From Pseudomonadota bacterium (GTDB lineage: Bacteria; UBA10199; 2-02-FULL-44-16; DYJF01), in assembly GCA_043823065.1 (NCBI GenBank), contig JBDRBB010000006.1, positions 128,001 through 192,000 on the forward strand: a stretch of DNA of 64,000 nt. Reading direction: 5' to 3'. A program made the translations under genes and the position numbers. The first letter of the stretch is position 1. The number at the start of each line of letters is the position of its first letter. Positions 54,445-62,312 of this stretch are shown in pieces. Below the pieces are notes generated by a model, which was not told the DNA's origin, did no database searches, and saw nothing but the letters and a program-made list of their open reading frames with translations.

Positions 54445-56277
54445 GTGTTATTTACTGGAGAAAGTGTAAACAGTTTATCTTATCATCAAGCCATTTTTTA
54501 TTCTCAGGAGTTGCTGCGCAGTGATTTTGCTCGCGCCCTGCTAGGTGAAATGCGGGCAGAGCGCGCTGAAGATTTCTTTTATGAAATTGGAGTTCTTTCA
54601 CGCGATTTAGGTGGTCTGATAAGTGAAGGTCGTGCTGGGGTTAATCGTTTTGATCATGTTGCTCCCAGAATTTATGAACGCATCGAGGTGAGTGGAAATA
54701 GATTTGCGTCTATATATGAAAAAGAGGAGACTGAAATAACAGATTATATCAGTCAGGAAACCAAACCAATCTATGAAATGATACAAGGCGTAGGTACAGC
54801 AGGGATATTTGTGTTGGCTGGTGTGTTGTCTATGGGAGGGTGTGCTGCAAACTTAACTGAATCAAGAATAGAGCGCTTAGGCTCAGGAAATAATGCACGT
54901 AGGACTGAGAGAATTGAAGATATCGTTAGGTTCATGGAATCAGATGCTTCCATGGAAGATAAAAGAAGAATGATGGATCGTTTTCTTGAGACTTTTACTG
55001 AGCAAACTACCACATATAATATTCAGAGAGATGACGCATTCAATCTTGCCATGGAGCTGGCACGTTCTAGTATGCCTGCAGAATTACAACAAAGAATGGT
55101 TGAGACTTTAGTAAATACTCTTCAAGATAGAGAAGCTTCATTTAGACCAGAAGCGGTTAGATGTATCGGAATTCTCATAGCCCGCTCGGATATTTCTACA
55201 CAGTCAAAGGAGAGAATGATTGAGTCTCTTTTTACTGCTCTGCAAATTGAAAATTCGTATATTGAAGATAATATATTTCACGTGTTTTCAGAACTTATAA
55301 GATTGGATGAAATAGCAGATCCATTAAAAGAGAGAATGCTTGATGCCATGCTAATGGAATTTGATGATGATGCTAGTAATATTTCACATGCTTTGCGGGA
55401 GGATTTAGAAAATCTTATTTGTTCAGATATTTCTCCTGAACTAAAGGAACGTATTATTGAACCAATGTTCAATTATCTTGAAAGTAATGAATATGCAGAA
55501 AGCTTAAGCTATAATGTTGTGCCCATAGCAACTGCTTTGATTGAATCAAATATTTCTGTGGAACAAAAGGATGAGATGATTGATCGGTTATTGGCTGTAA
55601 TAAACAATCGAGAATCAGAAGGTCATTGCCCAGCAGTTACACCAATTTTAGTTGCTCTTTTGCAATCCAATATAAGCATTGAACAAAAAAATAGAATAAT
55701 TGATGAGGTGCTTAGCTCTTTAAGGAGAGGACAATCTCCTCAGATTCGAAGTCGTTCAGCATTAGCTTTAAGAGCTTTTGCATCTTCAGAGATTTCAATT
55801 GAGCTAAAGGTTCGAACGCTGGAGGGGTCAATTGGTGCGTTAAATACCGGGAATTTTAATGTTCAATATTGTGCTATTTCTGTTCTAGAAAGTATGGTTG
55901 AATCCAACATCCCTTTGAATTTAAAGATCACGTTGGTACAACCGTTGCTTGATGCAATAGTAAGATCATTCGATACAGGTGTTCGAGGGCTTCTAGATAT
56001 TCCCTTTTATATTGCAGACAGACTGATAAGCAGAATTGAGTACACAGATATTCATTTTGCTGCGATTAACGTATTAAGCTCTTTGGTTCCATTGGGAATT
56101 CCAGTTGAGCTAAGGGAAGCAATGATTGAACCACTGGTCAGAGTGCTGGGCAATGGAAACGAAGCTTCTCAAAGCAGTGCAGCTGAACTTTTGAGAACTC
56201 TTGCAGGCTCTGGTATTTCTAATCAGGCAAGGGAAAGAATTGAGAGTGCTTTAATATTAGAGGTTGGCGCTTTATAA
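54445..56277 (+). CDS. HEAT/ARM-like helical repeat orphan protein
   Basis: AGGAG RBS and GTG start; recurring S.IS.E.KERMIE.L unit about every 40-45 aa; hydrophobic segment ending in GGC near residue 133. Confidence 0.72.
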   Translation: MLFTGESVNSLSYHQAIFYSQELLRSDFARALLGEMRAERAEDFFYEIGVLSRDLGGLISEGRAGVNRFDHVAPRIYERIEVSGNRFASIYEKEETEITDYISQETKPIYEMIQGVGTAGIFVLAGVLSMGGCAANLTESRIERLGSGNNARRTERIEDIVRFMESDASMEDKRRMMDRFLETFTEQTTTYNIQRDDAFNLAMELARSSMPAELQQRMVETLVNTLQDREASFRPEAVRCIGILIARSDISTQSKERMIESLFTALQIENSYIEDNIFHVFSELIRLDEIADPLKERMLDAMLMEFDDDASNISHALREDLENLICSDISPELKERIIEPMFNYLESNEYAESLSYNVVPIATALIESNISVEQKDEMIDRLLAVINNRESEGHCPAVTPILVALLQSNISIEQKNRIIDEVLSSLRRGQSPQIRSRSALALRAFASSEISIELKVRTLEGSIGALNTGNFNVQYCAISVLESMVESNIPLNLKITLVQPLLDAIVRSFDTGVRGLLDIPFYIADRLISRIEYTDIHFAAINVLSSLVPLGIPVELREAMIEPLVRVLGNGNEASQSSAAELLRTLAGSGISNQARERIESALILEVGAL

Positions 56278-56446
56278 TTAGGAGTTTTACGTGACTCAAC
56301 TGCATTTGAATTCAAAATTGTTAACAAGACAGCCGCTGGAATGAAAAAAGAACACATTATTTTTTTTATTTATCACGATTCCCTCCTTATAAATATTTGA
56401 TTTTTTTTACTAGTATTATAAATGGTTATCAAGGGGGGAAACGTCC

Positions 56447-56637
56447 CCTTATTTTGTATGAATAATCAAAAAATCGAAAATTTAGTTAATGCCAAGCACA
56501 CGCCTGATCAGGCTGATGTGGCCAGCATCATTAAAAAAAGTCTGCAGAAAAAAGGGCTATCTATAGAAAAACCTATCAGACGGAGCAAAAATTACGCAAT
56601 TGTTTCAGTATGTTACGCTAGTGTAGCGTTTTTTTAG
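56447..56637 (+). pseudogene. Truncated duplicate of the hydG 5' end
   Basis: 56447-56555 matches 57756-57866 with three substitutions and a 2-nt indel; the frame then runs into an inverted-repeat element and stops. Confidence 0.85.
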
Positions 56638-56662
56638 GCATATACTATTTTGCTCCGTCTGA
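56576..56662. repeat. 87-bp element with 15-bp perfect terminal inverted repeats
   Basis: TCAGACGGAGCAAAA ... TTTTGCTCCGTCTGA; the same arm recurs at 11785-11801. Confidence 0.75.
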
Positions 56663-56686
56663 CGATCTTTGGAAAGGTGAAACTAT

Positions 56687-57082
56687 TCAATAAGGCTCCG
56701 TCACAATCACACCCTTTTTATAATCAATTGTAACTTTGAATAGTTTAAAAAAATCCAATCCAACTAAGGCATCTACTCCCCAATCTTTCGCAAAGCGCGA
56801 AACATAGACTTCTAAATTGGAAATCTGGCGAGAACAAATTTCAACATTGGGAAGAATGATTTTTGAGTATTTCTGAGTTGGCAGACTGCCTTGAATATTT
56901 ACGTCTTCTTTTTGTCTCAGAGTGAAACCTGCGAAACAAAGCGCTTTATCGGAGAATTCTGTTTGGGGAGCGCCTGTATCAAGAATGGCATCAAACTCGC
57001 GGCATTTACCATCGAAAGTTGTAATAAAGACGGGGAGGAAAATATAACGTTCCTTAGTTTTAAACGTGGTCGTGATTTGCAT
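56687..57082 (-). CDS. Retropepsin-like (clan AA) aspartyl protease
   Basis: AILDTGA and ALVGLDFF motifs. Confidence 0.85.
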   Translation of the reverse strand: MQITTTFKTKERYIFLPVFITTFDGKCREFDAILDTGAPQTEFSDKALCFAGFTLRQKEDVNIQGSLPTQKYSKIILPNVEICSRQISNLEVYVSRFAKDWGVDALVGLDFFKLFKVTIDYKKGVIVTEPY

Positions 57083-57302
57083 GAGCTCTCCACCCGCCAG
57101 GAAATGTACTCTCACCAGTATATTTAAACGCTGAATCCTTATCTACTGCCGGCAGACGATAGACCTCATCTTTGTCCTTTGAATGCCTTTCAACAATACC
57201 TGAAATCATATGTCCTGATGCATCTTTGTCATAATCCACTATCAACAACCATTCATTAGGATAAGTTTTTTTCATCTCTTCCCAAGTCAATCTTTGGCCC
57301 AT
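57060..57302 (-). CDS. Small protein coupled to the aspartyl protease (DUF5678-like)
   Basis: EEMKKTYPNEWLLI...HSKDKDEVY; GGAGG RBS; overlaps the protease start. Confidence 0.65.
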   Translation of the reverse strand: MGQRLTWEEMKKTYPNEWLLIVDYDKDASGHMISGIVERHSKDKDEVYRLPAVDKDSAFKYTGESTFPGGWRAHANHDHV

Positions 57303-57404
57303 AAAACCTCCATTTCCTCAAGACTAAAATATATTAGCCCCCTGCTCGTTCACTTTTCAAGCAAATTGTTGCAATTTTAAAGTACTTAGAAGAAAAGGAA
57401 GATC

Positions 57405-57743
57405 ATGACAAACATCATAATAAAAAATCTTAAAAATTCAGAAGAGAAGCGTACTTTTTTGGACGGAAGCAAACGGGCAATGGTAGTTTTGAAAACAGCA
57501 GCTATTGGTCAAGGGGAATACTTGCCTGGTTGGAAGTGGTCGAAACATGTTGGCGCCCAGACCGGCAAAGCTTCTGAGGCCCACATTGGATATATCATTT
57601 CAGGCCAAATGATTGTTCAGAGCCCTGATGGCAAACAAGCAACAGTAGGCCCTGGAGATGGTTTTGAGCTGGGACCAGAACATGATGCCTGGGTTATCGG
57701 TAATGAGCCGTGCATTGCCCTTGATTTCTATCACTTGGGCTAG
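57405..57743 (+). CDS. Cupin domain protein
   Basis: PGWKWSKHV, HIGYIISG, HDAWVIGNEP. Confidence 0.85.
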   Translation: MTNIIIKNLKNSEEKRTFLDGSKRAMVVLKTAAIGQGEYLPGWKWSKHVGAQTGKASEAHIGYIISGQMIVQSPDGKQATVGPGDGFELGPEHDAWVIGNEPCIALDFYHLG

Positions 57744-57768
57744 TTTTTTCAGCTTCCTTATTTTGTAT

Positions 57769-59139
57769 ATGAATAATAAAAAAATCGAAAATTTAGTTAA
57801 TGCCAAGCGCACGCCTGATCAGGCTGATGTGGCCATCATCATTAAAAAAAGTCTGCAGAAAAAAGGTTTGTCCCTGGAAGAAGCTGCCGCTTTGATAAAT
57901 GTAACTGATCCGGAATTAATCCAGGAAATCTTTCAGGCCGCTGCCCAGATTAAAAAAGAGATTTATGGTGATCGCCTGGTTTTATTTGCCCCGCTTTATA
58001 TTTCAAATTTTTGCCAAAACAACTGCGCTTATTGCAATTATCGAGCTGACAATCAAGAAATAGTGCGCCGCAGTTTGACCAAGAAGCAAATCCAAAAAGA
58101 AACAGAATGCCTGCTCAAAATGGGGCATAAACGTTTGCTATTAGAATTTGGTGAAGACCTTGATAATTTTTCTGTAGATCAAATTTGCCATGCTATTGAA
58201 ACTATCTATGCTACAGAAACTTCTCAAGGTAATATCAGAAGAATTAACGTTAATATTGCTGCCACTACTTTAGAAAATTATAAAAAATTAAAGACAGCTA
58301 ATATCGGCACGTATCAACTCTTCCAAGAAACCTTTCATCAGCCAACCTATGAAAAACTGCATAAGGGCCCTAAAGCAGATTTTCAAAGGCAATTATCTGC
58401 TCATAAGCTGGCGTTTGCCGCTGGCCTAGATGATTTAGGCATTGGTGTTTTATTTGGTCTTTATGACTGGCGCTTTGAAGTGCTAGCTTTGCTTGAATAT
58501 GCCAAGTGGATGGATCAAGAATTAGGTGTTGGTCCACACACTATTTCTGTGCCTCGTTTTCAAAAAGCTCCTCACGTTTCTTTTAAACCAACTTACTCTG
58601 TTTCTGATCAAGATTTTTTGAAGATCATTGCTATCTTGCGAATGGCTGTCCCTTATACGGGAATGATTTTATCTACACGAGAATCAATTAAGATGCGAAG
58701 CCAGGCCTTTAAGCTAGGTATTTCTCAAGCCAGTGCTGCTTCAATAACTACTCCGGGCGGATATGCACAAGCAAAAGCTAAAAAAATAGATTCTGGACAA
58801 TTTAAAATTCAAGATCAGCGTTCTTTAGAACAAGTAATTCAAGCAGCTATTAGTGACGGCTTAATTCCCAGTTTTTGCACTGCTTGTTACCGCAGTAAGC
58901 GCACTGGTGAAAACTTTATGGAGTTGGCTAGACACGGACAGATCCATGAATATTGTTTGCCCAATGCGCTCTTAACTTTTGCCGAATATTTAGAAGATAG
59001 CGCTCTGCAAGATTTACAGACCAAGGGCTGGCAGCTTATTCAAAAACAACTGTCTTTGATCTCTAATGATAAACTTAGAAGTAAAACTCACACTCGCTTG
59101 GCTGAACTCAAACAAGGCAAGCGCGATTTATTTTTTTAA
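57769..59139 (+). CDS. hydG: [FeFe]-hydrogenase H-cluster radical SAM maturase HydG
   Basis: FAPLYISNFCQNNCAYC, GTYQLFQET, GPHTISVPR, C-terminal CTAC-x22-C auxiliary cluster motif that ThiH lacks. Start at ATG 57769. Confidence 0.9.
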   Translation: MNNKKIENLVNAKRTPDQADVAIIIKKSLQKKGLSLEEAAALINVTDPELIQEIFQAAAQIKKEIYGDRLVLFAPLYISNFCQNNCAYCNYRADNQEIVRRSLTKKQIQKETECLLKMGHKRLLLEFGEDLDNFSVDQICHAIETIYATETSQGNIRRINVNIAATTLENYKKLKTANIGTYQLFQETFHQPTYEKLHKGPKADFQRQLSAHKLAFAAGLDDLGIGVLFGLYDWRFEVLALLEYAKWMDQELGVGPHTISVPRFQKAPHVSFKPTYSVSDQDFLKIIAILRMAVPYTGMILSTRESIKMRSQAFKLGISQASAASITTPGGYAQAKAKKIDSGQFKIQDQRSLEQVIQAAISDGLIPSFCTACYRSKRTGENFMELARHGQIHEYCLPNALLTFAEYLEDSALQDLQTKGWQLIQKQLSLISNDKLRSKTHTRLAELKQGKRDLFF

Positions 59140-59528
59140 TCCCCTTCAATAGAAACCAGCTCCATTTCATTGCCAGAAACTAATGCAACTTCCATAGCTA
59201 AACATTCCTGGCATTTGGGTGGGATATAAAGGGCTGGGGCATGGGAAACTTCGTGGGCAAAACTAGCATCATTAAAACGTTCATCAACAAATTCTTTTTG
59301 GCACTTTTCGCAGCGCAATTTTACAGGCACTGCCTCAATTTCAAATTTTAAATCTTTTAACTCTTTTTTATTGCCAAAACTGGCTAGGGCGCTTTCCAGA
59401 TGCTCTTTTTCAAAACCAAGCATTCTGCCAATTCTTAGTTTAGCTAAACGCAAGTGAGCTATGCCCTGATCTTGCGCGCATAGCTCAATAGTCTCCAGTA
59501 TTTTTTTGGCAATGGTTATTTCGTGCAT
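59136..59528 (-). CDS. hypA: Hydrogenase nickel chaperone HypA (long-insert type)
   Basis: N-terminal MHE nickel motif; CEKC and CQEC zinc knuckles separated by a long insert. Confidence 0.88.
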   Translation of the reverse strand: MHEITIAKKILETIELCAQDQGIAHLRLAKLRIGRMLGFEKEHLESALASFGNKKELKDLKFEIEAVPVKLRCEKCQKEFVDERFNDASFAHEVSHAPALYIPPKCQECLAMEVALVSGNEMELVSIEGD

Positions 59529-59532
59529 AAAA

Positions 59533-60528
59533 TTAAATTGTGTTTAAATACGCGTAGATAAAAACCGCAATTAAACCTAGCCAGGCGATTAGGCCGACCA
59601 GGAGCGGCTTACTTATAGTATTAATGATGTCTTTCATATCCACAGTCAAACCAATGGAGACCATGGCCATGGTCCAAACCAAAGAACCTAACATAGAAAC
59701 CGGATAAACATAAGGAGCTAGGCCTGAAACAAAGGCAAACAACAAACCACAACCCACAAAACCCCATAAATACCAGGGAATGCGCACCTTAAAATTTGGC
59801 GCACCAGCTGAAGATTCTTTTAGAGAAGGCAGGTGATATAGAGCGCCAACTACTAACAATAGAGGAATAATGGTTACTGTACGCGCTACTTTAATAGTCA
59901 TGGCCATGGTTAAGCAATCTCTACCAACGTGAGAAGCAGCAGCTTTTACCAAACCTGTTTGCTGCAAAGTGGTGGCAAACATGCGCGCTTGTGCAGCTAC
60001 ATCCATACCAAAAATTTCTGCTAAATACGGAAGAAACAATAAACCAAACAAGCCCCAAATCGTAATCACTAAAACTGCGCTGGCTGTATTACGATTATCC
60101 CCTTCCACAGCTGGCCGGGCAATCATAATGGCTGAAGCACCGCAAATAGCTGTGCCAACAGCTAATAATAAAGAAGTCGCACTGGACAATTTAAACCAGC
60201 GCCCCAAACTTTGGCAGATCCAAACTACCACAATTAAACCCACCAATATTTGCAACCAAATCAAAGGTGAAACTACTTCCAAATTAAATCTTAAATTAGC
60301 GCCATAAAGAATAATACCTGGCGGAATTAAAATAGTAGGCGCCCAATTCAAGCCTGGCGAAAATTTTTGTCGCTCGCCAATGATGGTTCGCAAAACCATG
60401 CCGCAAACAATTCCTACCACTAAAGGATCCAACCAATTGGCTGACAAGGCAACCAACCAAACCACTATTCCCAAAAGCAAGGCCAGCAAAAAACCAGGAC
60501 CATATAATTTTATTTTTTCCAACTTCAT
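59533..60528 (-). CDS. YeiH family (putative sulfate exporter) membrane protein
   Basis: GTAICGASAI, KVAR, PWYLWGF motifs; multiple TM segments. Confidence 0.88.
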   Translation of the reverse strand: MKLEKIKLYGPGFLLALLLGIVVWLVALSANWLDPLVVGIVCGMVLRTIIGERQKFSPGLNWAPTILIPPGIILYGANLRFNLEVVSPLIWLQILVGLIVVVWICQSLGRWFKLSSATSLLLAVGTAICGASAIMIARPAVEGDNRNTASAVLVITIWGLFGLLFLPYLAEIFGMDVAAQARMFATTLQQTGLVKAAASHVGRDCLTMAMTIKVARTVTIIPLLLVVGALYHLPSLKESSAGAPNFKVRIPWYLWGFVGCGLLFAFVSGLAPYVYPVSMLGSLVWTMAMVSIGLTVDMKDIINTISKPLLVGLIAWLGLIAVFIYAYLNTI

Positions 60529-60589
60529 AAGTGCTTGATCTTAGCTGTTTTATTAAGTAAGAGCAACTCTGTAATAAGGGAGAAATAAT

Positions 60590-61525
60590 ATGAAAAAAAT
60601 ATTTTTAAGCTTGGTTAGTGTTACCTGCTTAATCGTTAACATCAGTGGTTGTTCCAAAACAAATGAGACCAAAGAGCTCACCATTTTTCATGCTGGCAGC
60701 CTGGCTAAACCTTTTGAAGATTTAAGCGCAGCTTTTGAAAAAAAGCATCCAGGGGTAAAGACTTTGCGTGAAGCTTCTGGCAGCGTTACTGCAGCCCGCA
60801 AAATTAGCGATCTGCATAAGCCCGCAGATATTATTGGCTCTGCTGATTATTTGGTAATTCAAAACCTACTCATGCCAAACCACACAGATTTTCTTTATAA
60901 ATTTGCCACTAATGAGATGGCAATCATGTATAGCCCGCACAGCAAGTATGCTAAGGAATTAACTGCGCAAAACTGGACTGATATTCTGCTTCAAGAAGGT
61001 GTAAAAATCGGACGCAGCGATCCTAACACAGATCCCTGCGGGTATCGCACCTTGATCACCTGGCAATTGGCAGAAAAGTTTTATGCTAAGCCAGGATTAT
61101 ATGAACAGCTTTTAGCCAAAACCCCTCCCCAATTTATCCGACCTAAAGAAACAGATCTATTAGCTTTGCTGGAAACCGGCGATTTAGATTATATTTTTAT
61201 TTATCGTTCAGTGGCTGAGCAACATAATGGTAAATTCCTTTTGCTTCCTGAGCAAATTAATTTAAAATCCAGCCAATACGCAGATTTCTATAAACAAGCC
61301 AGTGTGCAAATTGCTGGCGAAAAACCAGGCGAGACCATCACCCAAGTTGGCGAACCCATGGTTTATGGAATTGCAGCACTAAAAAATTCCAAAAATTATG
61401 ATTTGGCTTTGGAATTTATAAATTTTGTAATTGGTCCTGAAGGACAAAAGATCATGGCCCAAAACGGTCAGCCGCCAATTGTACCAGCAGAGAAAGTTGA
61501 AAACTCTGTTTTGTCATTGCAATGA
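60590..61525 (+). CDS. wtpA: Tungstate/molybdate ABC transporter substrate-binding lipoprotein
   Basis: IFHAGSL, EASGS, SAD, SDPNTDPCGYR, RPKE, YRSVA; lipobox ISGC. Confidence 0.88.
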   Translation: MKKIFLSLVSVTCLIVNISGCSKTNETKELTIFHAGSLAKPFEDLSAAFEKKHPGVKTLREASGSVTAARKISDLHKPADIIGSADYLVIQNLLMPNHTDFLYKFATNEMAIMYSPHSKYAKELTAQNWTDILLQEGVKIGRSDPNTDPCGYRTLITWQLAEKFYAKPGLYEQLLAKTPPQFIRPKETDLLALLETGDLDYIFIYRSVAEQHNGKFLLLPEQINLKSSQYADFYKQASVQIAGEKPGETITQVGEPMVYGIAALKNSKNYDLALEFINFVIGPEGQKIMAQNGQPPIVPAEKVENSVLSLQ

Positions 61526-61538
61526 CACACGAGGATAC

Positions 61539-62312
61539 ATGCTCACCAAAACAGTAAAAATTACTCGCCTGGAAAATAATGCACGAGAAGAAAAACAGGA
61601 TATTATAGTTAGCGAAGTACCTATTCAAATTATTCTTAATGGCACAGAACTGGCCACCATTTTGGCCAGCCCAGATCAGCTAAAAGAATTAGGCTTGGGT
61701 TTTTTGTTTACCGAAGGTTTTATTGATAGCCTGTCTGAAATTGAAAAATTTGAGCAAAAACAAAACAGTCTATATTTCACCATTGCTGCAGATAAGTTTA
61801 GCCAAAAAGAAAAAATTCAAAAATATATTACTTCTGGGTGCGGTCGAGGCGCTTCTTTTGCTATTGCCTTAAAATCCTTGAAGCAGAAAAAAAACAGCAG
61901 ATCAGCAAAAACTTCCATCTCAGCTGATCAAATCTCAGAATTAATGAAAGAGTTTCAAAAAAAATCCGAAGTATTCTTAACTACTGGCGGCGTGCATAGT
62001 GCTGCCTTGACTTCTGCTAAAGAAATTTTGTTTTTTACTGAAGATATTGGCCGTCACAATGCAGTTGATCGGGCCATTGGCCTGGCTTTGACCAACCAAG
62101 TTAAACTAACTGATAAATTTCTTCTCACTTCTGGACGCATCTCATCTGAAATTGTGCGCAAAGTTGCTGAGGCAGATATTCCGGTTCTAATTTCCCGTTC
62201 TGCGCCCACTGATCGCGCCCTAGAGTTTGCCCAAGAATTGCAAGTTACCACAATTGGTTTTGCTCGTGGCCAAAAAATGAACATTTATACGCATCCTGAA
62301 AGAATAAAATGA
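61539..62312 (+). CDS. fdhD: Formate dehydrogenase accessory sulfurtransferase
   Basis: SGCG, TGGVHSAAL, EDIGRHNAVD, SGRISSE, SAPT. GAGGA RBS before ATG 61539. Confidence 0.93.
   Translation: MLTKTVKITRLENNAREEKQDIIVSEVPIQIILNGTELATILASPDQLKELGLGFLFTEGFIDSLSEIEKFEQKQNSLYFTIAADKFSQKEKIQKYITSGCGRGASFAIALKSLKQKKNSRSAKTSISADQISELMKEFQKKSEVFLTTGGVHSAALTSAKEILFFTEDIGRHNAVDRAIGLALTNQVKLTDKFLLTSGRISSEIVRKVAEADIPVLISRSAPTDRALEFAQELQVTTIGFARGQKMNIYTHPERIK

Noticed and set aside
57658..57768. 37-aa N-terminal extension of HydG
   Set aside because: It overlaps the cupin gene, and the duplicated hydG 5' fragment begins at the ATG equivalent to 57769.
57769..59139. Annotation as ThiH (and of 51947-53236 as BioB)
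   Set aside because: The C-terminal Cx2Cx22C motif and GPHT histidine indicate HydG; the partner has HydE-type motifs, and no thi or bio genes are nearby.
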